From: an uncultured Candidatus Saccharibacteria bacterium | Lineage (GTDB): Bacteria; Patescibacteriota; Minisyncoccia; Phycocordibacterales; GWA1-40-21 | Length of the DNA stretch: 24,831 nt | Assembly: GCA_964560805.1 (NCBI GenBank) | Contig: CAZLLX010000001.1 | Coordinates: forward strand, 1 to 24,831 | Reading direction: 5' to 3' | Part shown: positions 7,916 to 16,684 of the stretch, in pieces | Numbering within the stretch: the first letter of the stretch is position 1 | Layout of the letters: each line of letters starts with the position of its first letter | Notes under the pieces: generated by a model | The model's input: the letters and a program-made list of their open reading frames with translations, nothing else | Database searches by the model: none | What the model was told of the DNA's origin: nothing | Made by a program: the position numbers and the translations under genes

Positions 7916-9367
7916 CTATTTCTCCAAATTAAATTCTTGATCAATCCGAATTTGTTTAACAAATTCAGGCACGTGAGAAACCAAGATCATCGCCCCTTCG
8001 TACTGATCCAAGGCCTTGGCGATAATTGGCAAATGACGGAAATTGATATGGTTGGTCGGCTCGTCAAGGATTAACAAACCTGGTCGCTCTAAAACTAATC
8101 GGCAAAACGCCACCAAACCCTTTTGCCCTTCAGACAAATTACCAATTTTATTATAAATCATATCACCAGTGATCAAGAAACCTCCAGCCACAGTGCGCAT
8201 TTCTTGCTCAATCTTTTTTTCCATCACCGACATTAATGAATCGTAAACCGTATCTTCAAAATTCAAAGTTGAGAAATCTTGGCGATAGTAACCGATTTTA
8301 ATACCAGGTTGAACTTTGGCACCATCAGACTTCCCAGTCGCTAAAGATTCAAGCAAAGTGCTCTTCCCTATTCCGTTTGGACCAGAAATTAACAAGTGTT
8401 GTTTTTTATGCAAGGAAATTTCCGCTTTTCTTTTTGATGGTTTATGATTTTTAAAAATCGTAAAGCTTGAAATATTAATTATTTCGCCGATTAAATCTTT
8501 TTGAACTGGAATAGTAAAATCACGAATTGTTTTATCTTCTCGGCGCACGTCAACGATTTCCTCTTCCATTTCCTCGGCAGCTTCACGCATCCGCTTTGCT
8601 ACCAAACGCATTTGTCCACCTTTATTCGAAAAGAAATTGGCTTTATCTTTTTTCTCCTGAATATTTTTAGCCAATTGAGCATTCTTCATATTTTCTTTTT
8701 CAATTCGCGCGGTGATTTGCTTAACCACATCAAAATAGTCTCCCACATATTGCTCTACCTTTTTGGTATATACATCCAAATATAAAACCCCATGAGTAAA
8801 GGCATTCAAAAAGTCCGCATCGTGTGAAATAACTATCACGGTCTTTTTATAATCGATCAAAAATTGAGTTAAATGAGCGATGCCGGCTTTATCCAAATTA
8901 TTGGTCGGCTCATCAAGCAAAAGTAAATCAGGATCTTGAATCAAAGCTGAAGCCAAAAGAAGTCTTGCTTGCTGACCACCAGAAAAACTTTTTACCACTC
9001 GATCAAGTGGTGCTTTAAGGTTTACTACTTCCAAAACGGCTTCGATTTTCGGTTCAATCGCATAATCTTTTTTAGAAAAACACTTTTCAAAAAATTCTTT
9101 AACCGTTAAATGTAAATCTGCCCGAGGAATTACCTGCTTGGCGGTGGCAATAGAAAGTTTATAGGCAATATCAATATCGCCAGATTCTGGCTTCAAAGCG
9201 CCTGTAATTAGCCCAAAAATCGTGCTTTTACCCGCACCGTTTTGCCCCATCAGGGTTATTTTAGCCCCTCGACGCACAGTAAAATCCGCCTCAGTCAATA
9301 TCTGACGGTGAATTCCGTATTCAAACGAAACCTGATCAAATCTAACGATTACTTCATCATTGGCCAT
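7916..9367 (-). CDS. ABC-F family ATPase (two NBDs, no TM domain)
   Basis: GQNGAGKS/FSGGQ/LLLDEP and GPNGIGKS/LSEGQ/LILDEP, joined by a helical linker. Start placed at ATG 9367. Confidence 0.92.
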   Translation of the reverse strand: MANDEVIVRFDQVSFEYGIHRQILTEADFTVRRGAKITLMGQNGAGKSTIFGLITGALKPESGDIDIAYKLSIATAKQVIPRADLHLTVKEFFEKCFSKKDYAIEPKIEAVLEVVNLKAPLDRVVKSFSGGQQARLLLASALIQDPDLLLLDEPTNNLDKAGIAHLTQFLIDYKKTVIVISHDADFLNAFTHGVLYLDVYTKKVEQYVGDYFDVVKQITARIEKENMKNAQLAKNIQEKKDKANFFSNKGGQMRLVAKRMREAAEEMEEEIVDVRREDKTIRDFTIPVQKDLIGEIINISSFTIFKNHKPSKRKAEISLHKKQHLLISGPNGIGKSTLLESLATGKSDGAKVQPGIKIGYYRQDFSTLNFEDTVYDSLMSVMEKKIEQEMRTVAGGFLITGDMIYNKIGNLSEGQKGLVAFCRLVLERPGLLILDEPTNHINFRHLPIIAKALDQYEGAMILVSHVPEFVKQIRIDQEFNLEK

Positions 9368-9436
9368 ACAAGATATACACAATACACGAATTTTTCTTTC
9401 TCCACAACTTAATCACAGTTTGTGCCTCAAAATCAA

Positions 9437-9466
9437 TTGTAAAAGATAAAATGACCGTGATACAAT
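9437..9466 (+). promoter_or_regulatory. Sigma70 promoter for dnaB-recR
   Basis: TTGTAA (9437-9442), N18, TACAAT (9461-9466), with extended-10 TG. ATG 9477 follows 10 nt later. Confidence 0.6.
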
Positions 9467-9476
9467 GCAAAGACAA

Positions 9477-10841
9477 ATGAGCCAAAATATTAAAAAAATT
9501 GTAACCAGAATTCCGCCAAATAGCATTGATTCCGAACGAGCCTTGCTTGGTTCAATCATGCTTCGCCCTGAAGCCATCCATGAAATAATGGATGTGTTAA
9601 AGCCTGAAGCCTTTTATTCTGAAAAACACCGCATTATTTTTGAATCAATGATGGAGCTTCACACCAAAAGTGAACCAATTGATTTACTAACACTAACTTC
9701 TCGCTTAGAAGAAAAGAAACAGTTGGAACAAATTGGTGGTTCAAATTATTTAACCGAATTAGTTAGCCTGGTTCCCTCATCAGCAAATGCCGAGCACTAT
9801 GCTCAAATTGTTCAGAAAAAGTTTGTCATGCGAAAATTAATTGAGGCCTCTGAACATATTTCACTTTTGGGTTACGAAGAAGCCGAAGATTTAAATGTTC
9901 TACTTGATCAAGCCGAAAAAAGAATTTATGAGGTAACTCAAAACACCACCTCAAATAAATTTGACGATATTAAAAGTGTTTTACCTGAAGCTTTAGAGCG
10001 TTGGGAAAGTTTACAAAAATCTGATCATGAATTACGCGGAGTGCCGACCGGCTTTAAAGATTTAGATAATTATTTATGCGGTTTACAAAAATCTGACCTT
10101 ATTATTTTAGCCGCTCGCCCATCAATGGGTAAAACCTCTTTGGCTTTGGATATTGCCCGTCAAGCCGCGGTTCATCACAATATTCCGGTGGCTATTTTCT
10201 CTTTGGAAATGTCCACTCAACAGTTAGTGGATCGTATGGTTTCAGCGCAATCACGCGTTGATGCCTGGAAATTGCGAACTGGTAAAGGTTGGGCCAGCGA
10301 AGAATTTGATCGAATTCGTGAAGCCTTAGAGCCAATTTCTAAAGCCCCTATTTTTATCGATTCAAAATCTGATAACAATATTTTAAAAATGCGTGGGGTG
10401 GTTCGTCGACTAAAAAATGACAAAGGCTTGGGCCTGGTGGTGGTTGATTACTTGCAGTTAATGACCCCTGTTCATTCACGTGGTAATGATAATGTGGTTC
10501 AACAAATTACCGAAATTTCTCGATCACTTAAACAACTAGCCAAGGAGTTTGATATCCCCGTTTTAGCTTTGTCACAGCTTTCCCGTGCCGTGGAATCACG
10601 TGGTGGACGCCCTAAATTATCAGACCTTCGAGATTCAGGAGCGATTGAACAGGACGCCGATGTGGTAATGTTTATTCACCGCGAAAACAACGAAGATGGT
10701 GGTGGCCGAAAAGAACAAACTGAAATTCTGATTGAAAAACACCGAAATGGTCCGACCGGAAAAGTCGATCTAATGTTTGATCCTAAAAAATCTACCTTCC
10801 TTAGTGTTGATAAAAACGCCGAGTTTAAAGATTTTGATTAA
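9477..10841 (+). CDS. dnaB: Replicative DNA helicase
   Basis: IPPNSIDSERALLG, AARPSMGKT, FSLEM, VDYLQLM, LSQLSR, DLRDSGAIEQDADVV, KHRNGPTG. No intein-sized insert. Confidence 0.97.
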   Translation: MSQNIKKIVTRIPPNSIDSERALLGSIMLRPEAIHEIMDVLKPEAFYSEKHRIIFESMMELHTKSEPIDLLTLTSRLEEKKQLEQIGGSNYLTELVSLVPSSANAEHYAQIVQKKFVMRKLIEASEHISLLGYEEAEDLNVLLDQAEKRIYEVTQNTTSNKFDDIKSVLPEALERWESLQKSDHELRGVPTGFKDLDNYLCGLQKSDLIILAARPSMGKTSLALDIARQAAVHHNIPVAIFSLEMSTQQLVDRMVSAQSRVDAWKLRTGKGWASEEFDRIREALEPISKAPIFIDSKSDNNILKMRGVVRRLKNDKGLGLVVVDYLQLMTPVHSRGNDNVVQQITEISRSLKQLAKEFDIPVLALSQLSRAVESRGGRPKLSDLRDSGAIEQDADVVMFIHRENNEDGGGRKEQTEILIEKHRNGPTGKVDLMFDPKKSTFLSVDKNAEFKDFD

Positions 10842-10849
10842 TTACTGTT

Positions 10850-11467
10850 ATGGACAGCATTCATAAACTAACAAAGATATTTAGCGAATTCCCAGGTATT
10901 GGCCCACGTCAGGCCAAACGTTTTGTGTATTTTTTACTATCTCGAAATGAAGCTTACTTAAATGAACTTATCGACTTAGTAAAAGAAATTAAAAAAAATA
11001 TTAAGTTGTGTCAAGAATGTTTCCGTTATTTTCCAAAGGATACACATAATTCAACCTTATGTGATGTTTGCCGAAATCCTAATCGTTCAAATAATGTTTT
11101 GATGGTTGTGTCTCGTGATGTAGATTTTGAAAATATTGAAAAAAGCCATTCTTTTGATGGAAAATATTTTGTTTTGGGCGGTACAGTACCTATTCTTGAT
11201 AAAAGCCCAGAAACAAAAATTCGTCTAAGAGATTTTTTAACTAAAATTGAAAATAAAAGCCAGAAAGGATTAAAAGAAATAATTTTAGGCCTTAACGCTA
11301 ATCCTGACGGTGAATACACAGGCCAATTTATCACGGAAGCCCTCGCCTCTCTTATCAACAAACACGATTTAAAAATTTCTCGCCTCGGCCGTGGCCTTTC
11401 AACTGGTACCGAATTAGAATATTCCGATTCAGATACTATCAAGAGTGCGTTGGAGAACAGAAAATAA
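10850..11467 (+). CDS. recR: Recombination protein RecR
   Basis: FPGIGPRQAKR, C4 zinc finger (CQEC..CDVC), TOPRIM DGEYT, GTELEYSD. Confidence 0.95.
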   Translation: MDSIHKLTKIFSEFPGIGPRQAKRFVYFLLSRNEAYLNELIDLVKEIKKNIKLCQECFRYFPKDTHNSTLCDVCRNPNRSNNVLMVVSRDVDFENIEKSHSFDGKYFVLGGTVPILDKSPETKIRLRDFLTKIENKSQKGLKEIILGLNANPDGEYTGQFITEALASLINKHDLKISRLGRGLSTGTELEYSDSDTIKSALENRK

Positions 11468-11486
11468 AAAACACTCCTTCCTAAGA

Positions 11487-12440
11487 CTAATCAGACTCGT
11501 ATTGAACTTTTTCTTTAAGATATTCAAGCATGGCACCATACACATTATTCCAAGCTGTATAAAATACTACAATTTTTTCGCGTTCTTCATCGGTATAGTC
11601 TCGGTTTTTAATCACCCTCATGAGTTCGTACATCTTCTCTCCTAGATCTTCGTTAGAGAGAATAGGTATTAACTCCTCGATATTTGGGATATTTTTTGAT
11701 TTAATATAATTATCCATCTCGGCAATATTCCAAGCCGGGTCACGTGCCAACAGAGTAATAAAAAGAGGTACAATCTCAACATATTTTTCAACAGCTGAAA
11801 ACCAGTTGTGTTCAAACTCAGAAAAAGATATTTGATTATAACCATCAATTTTGGTCATTATAAGGCCACAACTTATTGAACCTAAAAATCTTTCAGCATG
11901 TTTAAGAAATAAGACTGTAGGACTTTGCTTGGAGAAACTTTCCTGCAAACCCTGATCAAAACTTAGACCTCTCGACCCAATTCCCGATCCAATTGTAGTA
12001 AACAAAGGACTACCATGACCGTACGGAGAAAATCCCTCTTTCGCAAATTCTTCTAGCCTAATTTTATTATCACCCTTTTTTGCTGAAATATAATCAAAAA
12101 CATCCAGAATACCAACCATATGGGATAATGACCAATTTAAAGTTTGAACAGTCTTATGAGTTCTTGGAATAAGAGGGTGTACAGAATTTGAATAAGTTTT
12201 ATTATCATCAACAAAAACCAAATTTGCCAATTCATCCTGAGCCATAAGAGCTCGCTTGTCTTCCGGCTTTTTTCTAGGGTCTTTCCATTTTCGAATCCGT
12301 TCAATTCTTTCAGGTGACCAGATATTATGTCTAGCACAATAAGCTAATTCTTGATCAGAAAAAACCGGCCTCATATTAAATACCTCGGGATTATAAACCT
12401 CACTATTATTTGGTACTCTTTCTTCTTCTGGAAATTCCAT
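11487..12440 (-). CDS. Hypothetical protein (ORFan-like, 317 aa)
   Basis: Long open frame with TATAAT 9 nt before the ATG. No recognised motif. Confidence 0.75.
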   Translation of the reverse strand: MEFPEEERVPNNSEVYNPEVFNMRPVFSDQELAYCARHNIWSPERIERIRKWKDPRKKPEDKRALMAQDELANLVFVDDNKTYSNSVHPLIPRTHKTVQTLNWSLSHMVGILDVFDYISAKKGDNKIRLEEFAKEGFSPYGHGSPLFTTIGSGIGSRGLSFDQGLQESFSKQSPTVLFLKHAERFLGSISCGLIMTKIDGYNQISFSEFEHNWFSAVEKYVEIVPLFITLLARDPAWNIAEMDNYIKSKNIPNIEELIPILSNEDLGEKMYELMRVIKNRDYTDEEREKIVVFYTAWNNVYGAMLEYLKEKVQYESD

Positions 12441-12536
12441 ACTGAGTAGATTATAGTATAATGTTTGGCGTGAAGCAAATCATTTGGACAGACAAGGTAT
12501 ATCTTTGTCTTGGGATTAATGCCGTTATGGATGATA

Positions 12537-14177
12537 CTATTTTATAATTGCCTTAATAAACGCATCAAACAATGGATGTGGACGAAGTGGTCGAACCAAG
12601 AATTCTGGATGAAATTGGGTACCAAGGAAGAATGGATGTTTTGATTTTGGTAATTCGGCGATCTCCATTAAATGACCGTCTGGTGAAGTACCGGAAAAGA
12701 CTAAGCCAGCATTTTCCAAGGCTTCAATGTATGCCGGATTCACCTCATAGCGGTGGCGATGTCTTTCTATAACTTCCGAGCTCTTATAGGCCTCAGAAGC
12801 CACGGTTTTTGGCTTTAAAATGGCTTTATAGTCCCCTAACCGCATACTTGCGCCATATTTACCTTCCGCAAGTAATTTCTTTTGCTCGGGCATTATATCG
12901 ATTACCACGTCATTAGCCTTTGGATCAATTTCCGCCGTATTAGCATCTTTCAAACCAAGCACGTTTCGAGCATACTCAATCACCAAAAGTTGCATACCGT
13001 AACACAGACCAAAATAAGGAATTTTATTTTCACGAGCAAATTTTATTGTAGAAATAAGTCCTTCAATACCCGATGAACCAAAACCGCCTGGTACTAAAAT
13101 ACCGTCATAATCTTTTAGTGATGAGAGCTTTATTTTTTTATTTTCAATATCTTTAGAATTTAACCAAGTTAATTTTGGTTTAACTCCGGACCAATAAGCA
13201 GAATATTTAATTGCTTCAATGACCGACAGATAAGCATCAGACAAAACAAAGTCTCCGGTATCAAAATATTTTCCTACCACAGCAATTTTAACTTCCTTTT
13301 TTGTGGATTTAGATTTCTGAACAAATTTAGACCAATCTTCAATATGAGTTTCAACTGACTTCTCGCGCAAATGCAAAGTTTTCAAAATTAAATTACCGAT
13401 ATTGTCTTGCTCAAAATTTAACGGTACATCATAAACACTGCTAATGTCTGGAGCAGAAATTACATGACTTGGTCTGATTGAACAAGAGAAAGCAATTTTT
13501 TCTTTTCTCTTTTCATCAATTGGTACTTTTGATCGAGCAATAATCATATCTGGTTGAACACCATAAGAATTAAGCTGTCGCACAGCGTTTTGTGTTGGTC
13601 TGGTTTTCATTTCGCCAAGCGATCCCGGCACAGGTAAATACGACACCATTACAAACATCACATCATCAGGATGTTTAACCTTCAAAATTCTGGCGGCCTC
13701 GATAAACATCACGTTTTGATAATCACCAATAGTCCCACCAATTTCAATCAGTGAAATATCTGAGTCATGTGTTTTAGCTGAACGTTCCCAACGACTCATA
13801 ATTTCTTCAGTAATGTATGGTAAAGGATCAACACATTTTCCTTTATAACCCAAATTACGTTCTTTCTGAATAATATGATAATAAATTGTACCCGAGGTCA
13901 TATAATCATCATTCGACAAATCAAGATTCATAAAACGTTCGTAATTTCCCATATCTTGATCGGTTTCCAGACCAGAGTTAAGCACAAAAACCTCACCATG
14001 CTCGGTTGGATTCATAGTGCCAGCATCCACATTTAAATAAGGATCAACTTTAATTGGATTTACTGTAAAACCTTTACTTTTTAAAATTAAACCAATAGAT
14101 GATGCAGCAATTCCCTTACCCACTCCAGACATGACCCCGCCAACTACAAAAATATATTTATGAGATCGTTTGCGCAT
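12537..14177 (-). CDS. pyrG: CTP synthase
   Basis: GGVMSGVGKG, KVDPYLNVDAGTMNPTEHGEV, EIGGTIGD, PGGFG, GLCYGMQ, ERHRHRYE, QFHPEF. Confidence 0.98.
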   Translation of the reverse strand: MRKRSHKYIFVVGGVMSGVGKGIAASSIGLILKSKGFTVNPIKVDPYLNVDAGTMNPTEHGEVFVLNSGLETDQDMGNYERFMNLDLSNDDYMTSGTIYYHIIQKERNLGYKGKCVDPLPYITEEIMSRWERSAKTHDSDISLIEIGGTIGDYQNVMFIEAARILKVKHPDDVMFVMVSYLPVPGSLGEMKTRPTQNAVRQLNSYGVQPDMIIARSKVPIDEKRKEKIAFSCSIRPSHVISAPDISSVYDVPLNFEQDNIGNLILKTLHLREKSVETHIEDWSKFVQKSKSTKKEVKIAVVGKYFDTGDFVLSDAYLSVIEAIKYSAYWSGVKPKLTWLNSKDIENKKIKLSSLKDYDGILVPGGFGSSGIEGLISTIKFARENKIPYFGLCYGMQLLVIEYARNVLGLKDANTAEIDPKANDVVIDIMPEQKKLLAEGKYGASMRLGDYKAILKPKTVASEAYKSSEVIERHRHRYEVNPAYIEALENAGLVFSGTSPDGHLMEIAELPKSKHPFFLGTQFHPEFLVRPLRPHPLFDAFIKAIIK

Positions 14178-14233
14178 TTTTTATTTGATTAAATTTAAAT
14201 TATTTTAGCATTAATCTAAAACTACATAAAGAC

Positions 14234-14258
14234 AAAACCACCTTTTCAGGGTGGCTTT
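14234..14258 (-). terminator. Intrinsic terminator after rplU
   Basis: Minus strand gccacc-ctgaaaa-ggtggt, followed by ttt. Confidence 0.6.
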
Positions 14259-14266
14259 ATCGTGTT

Positions 14267-14584
14267 TTATTTTATTGAATCAATTTTTACCTTAAAGAAA
14301 GGTTGTCGATGGCCGTTTTTCTTAAAGTATCGGCTTTTTTGTTTATAGTGAATGACAATAACTTTTTGGGCTCGGCCAATTTCTTCGATAGTACCTTTTA
14401 CTTCAGCACCTTTAATATTTGGAGTACCAATAGTAGTATCTTTGCCATTATCAACAAGCAAAACCTTGTCAAAAACAACTTTATCACCTTCTTTATACTC
14501 GCCAATTAGTTTCTCAATTTTAACCGATTCACCAACTGCGACTTTATATTGCTTTCCGCCTGTTTTTATAACTGCAAATTCCAT
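14267..14584 (-). CDS. rplU: 50S ribosomal protein L21
   Basis: MEFAVIKTGGKQYKV...GHRQPFFKVKI. Start placed at ATG 14584. Confidence 0.97.
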   Translation of the reverse strand: MEFAVIKTGGKQYKVAVGESVKIEKLIGEYKEGDKVVFDKVLLVDNGKDTTIGTPNIKGAEVKGTIEEIGRAQKVIVIHYKQKSRYFKKNGHRQPFFKVKIDSIK

Positions 14585-14591
14585 GGGGTAT

Positions 14592-14620
14592 ATACTACAC
14601 CAAAAGCTCAAAAAATGCAA
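14592..14620 (-). promoter_or_regulatory. Sigma70 promoter for rplU (near-leaderless)
   Basis: TTGCAT, N17, TAGTAT, then 7 nt to the ATG. Confidence 0.7.
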
Positions 14621-14622
14621 TA

Positions 14623-15690
14623 CTATTCATCGTTTTCTGGTCTCGAAACCTCCAGAAGTTCAATATTTGAGTCTACACCAGTGATTCTGACAACGTCTTT
14701 ATCAATCTTCTTAAACTCTTTATTTGAAGCATTGAAATGATTCACCGTCGTAGAAAGAGCATTACCGAGCTTGGTTTGATACTCCTCATAGCTTTTAAGA
14801 TGCTTTTGTAGGCCTTCCACATTTTTGCGAATTTCCTTGGCCGATTCTTCAATTTGCATCGCTTTCAAACCCTGAAGAACGGTTTGCAAATAAGCTAAGA
14901 ATGAGGTTGGCGAAACGATTATTACTTTGTATTTATTGGCTGCGCGCTGAATCAAATTATCGGTTTCTTCTGTTAAAGCTCCAATTTTATTCACCAATAA
15001 ATCATAGTAAATGGCTTCATGAGGTATAAACATAAAAGCAAAATCCATAGTTCCCTCTTTTGGCCGAATATATTTTGATGTTTCTTGAATTCGCAGTTTC
15101 AAATCATTTACAAAAGCCTTTTCCAGCTTTTCTTTCTCGGCTGGATTAGTTTCAGCAATCAATTTATTATAATTTTCTAGTGAAAACTTGGAATCAACTG
15201 GAATAATCTTTTCTTTCACAAAAACCGCCGCGTCTACAATTTCACCATTTGCAAAAGCATATTGCATCTTATATTGTGTTGGCGCCAAAACATTTTGCAG
15301 TAGAGTTTCGAGATAATATTCACCCAAAATTCCCCGGTGTTTTGGATTTTTCAAAATATCTTGCAAAGATTGTAATTGATCAGCAAAAGATACCACTTGG
15401 CGATTGGTTTCATCAAGCTTGGTTAGACCTTGAGTCACATCACGGATTAATTTTGAAGACTCACTGAATTGGGCCCGCATCGAATCGTTCACATTCTTGG
15501 TTGTTTCACTAATCTTACTATCAACCGTTCGATTCAGTTCGTTAATTTGTTGAAGAATTAGGTTTAAGCCGATTTCCTCTTTTTTATTTTCTTCTGGTTC
15601 ACGTTTACGAAGGAAATAAACCACCAAAATCATATTAGCAATCAAAGCCAAGAAAATAACAACTAATATTACAATAAGTCCGGTACTCAT
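14623..15690 (-). CDS. rmuC: DNA recombination protein RmuC family
   Basis: N-terminal TM plus coiled coil, LKNPK.RG..GE, PVDSKF, DFAFMFIP.EA.Y, VSPTSF.AYL. Confidence 0.9.
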   Translation of the reverse strand: MSTGLIVILVVIFLALIANMILVVYFLRKREPEENKKEEIGLNLILQQINELNRTVDSKISETTKNVNDSMRAQFSESSKLIRDVTQGLTKLDETNRQVVSFADQLQSLQDILKNPKHRGILGEYYLETLLQNVLAPTQYKMQYAFANGEIVDAAVFVKEKIIPVDSKFSLENYNKLIAETNPAEKEKLEKAFVNDLKLRIQETSKYIRPKEGTMDFAFMFIPHEAIYYDLLVNKIGALTEETDNLIQRAANKYKVIIVSPTSFLAYLQTVLQGLKAMQIEESAKEIRKNVEGLQKHLKSYEEYQTKLGNALSTTVNHFNASNKEFKKIDKDVVRITGVDSNIELLEVSRPENDE

Positions 15691-15759
15691 ATCACGATTA
15701 TATCAAATCAGTTAATTTTATGATAGGATTTAACTAATTAATCATAATTAAATAAAAAT

Positions 15760-16209
15760 ATGTCAGTTCAACAAACAATTCGAGATGGTGTAAAGCAAGC
15801 CATGATTGCCAAGGATACAGTTCGATTAACCGTGCTTCGTGGTTTAATTAGTGCTTTTATGACCGAAGCGATGGATAAAAACAAAGATCAAGAAGCTTTA
15901 ACCGATGAAGAAGTTTTGGCAGTAATCAAGCGCGCCGTTAAACAACGTAAAGATTCAATTGACCAATTCACCAAAGGTAATCGAATGGATTTAGTGGCTA
16001 ATGAAGCCGCCGAGCTTAAAATACTAGAAACTTTCCTACCCCAGATGATGAGCAAAGATGATATTAAAAAAGTAGCGGAAGCGAAAAAAGTTGAACTTGG
16101 TATTACCGATAAAAACGGCTTAGGTAAATTCGTCGGTGTTTTAATGAAAGAATTAAAGGGTCAGGCGGACGGAAATGACGTAAAGGAAGTGGTAGAAAGT
16201 TTGTTTTAG
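15760..16209 (+). CDS. GatB/YqeY domain protein
   Basis: K.AM.AKD..RL..LR, KQRKDSI.QF.KG.R.DL...E..E..IL..FLP, G.ADG..V..V. Confidence 0.9.
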   Translation: MSVQQTIRDGVKQAMIAKDTVRLTVLRGLISAFMTEAMDKNKDQEALTDEEVLAVIKRAVKQRKDSIDQFTKGNRMDLVANEAAELKILETFLPQMMSKDDIKKVAEAKKVELGITDKNGLGKFVGVLMKELKGQADGNDVKEVVESLF

Positions 16210-16217
16210 TAAACCAC

Positions 16218-16245
16218 TTCACAAATAAAATTATGGGTGTATAAT
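16218..16245 (+). promoter_or_regulatory. Sigma70 promoter for the 62-aa ORF
   Basis: TTCACA, N16, TATAAT. SD AGGAG at 16268-16272. Confidence 0.55.
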
Positions 16246-16280
16246 TCAAATAGGTCTGTTCACCCACAGGAGAAACTGTC

Positions 16281-16469
16281 ATGACGGCGTTACTTGCAAA
16301 ACTCACAAGAGAACAAGATGATGCTGTTGCAGAAGCAGCGCGTCTTCACGAGTGTGGTTTGAGTGTACATTCTGCGGCAGTAGAGGCACACAAGAAGTGC
16401 AAGAACTGCGGTTTGACAATCGACGAGATTGTCGAGCACCTTCAAGAGTCACTCAAGGCAAATGCCTGA
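16281..16469 (+). CDS. Small Cys/His-rich hypothetical protein, ~49% GC
   Basis: AGGAG SD, own promoter and downstream hairpin. GC 92/189 by hand count. Confidence 0.6.
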   Translation: MTALLAKLTREQDDAVAEAARLHECGLSVHSAAVEAHKKCKNCGLTIDEIVEHLQESLKANA

Positions 16470-16482
16470 ACCTCACTTTCTG

Positions 16483-16519
16483 GCGCCGGTTGACGAATGT
16501 CACCGGCGCAAAGTCTTTT
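16483..16519 (+). terminator. GC-rich terminator-like hairpin
   Basis: gcgccggttgac-gaat-gtcaccggcgc (one bulge), followed by aaagtctttta. Confidence 0.65.
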
Positions 16520-16532
16520 ATAAATATTCAAA

Positions 16533-16561
16533 TTGCCAAGCAGGAAATTTCCTGCTATTAT
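16533..16561 (+). promoter_or_regulatory. tRNA-Glu promoter with a palindromic spacer
   Basis: TTGCCA, N17, TATTAT (TGc extended). AGCAGGAAATTTCCTGCT at 16539-16556. Confidence 0.7.
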
Positions 16562-16583
16562 TTTTTAGTCATTTTAAGTTTAT

Positions 16584-16658
16584 GGCCCTATCGTCTAACG
16601 GTTAGGACGGAGCCTTCTCAAGGCTTAAATCGGGGTTCGATTCCCCGTAGGGTCACCA
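16584..16658 (+). tRNA. tRNA-Glu (anticodon CUC)
   Basis: Acceptor GGCCCTA/TAGGGTC, anticodon arm GAGCC-TTCTCAA-GGCTT, T arm CGGGG-TTCGATT-CCCCG, discriminator A, encoded CCA. Confidence 0.97.
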
Positions 16659-16684
16659 ATATTATTAAAAAAATATAACTTTTC

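Noticed and set aside
12461-12547. 28-aa plus-strand ORF overlapping the pyrG stop
   Set aside because: ATG lies inside the putative -10, with no SD and no informative composition.
16584-16658. tRNA-Glu as an integration site
   Set aside because: No integrase and no duplicated tRNA 3' end visible in the window.
16352-16678. 108-aa ORF with CTFC
   Set aside because: Runs through a terminator, a promoter and the complete tRNA-Glu.
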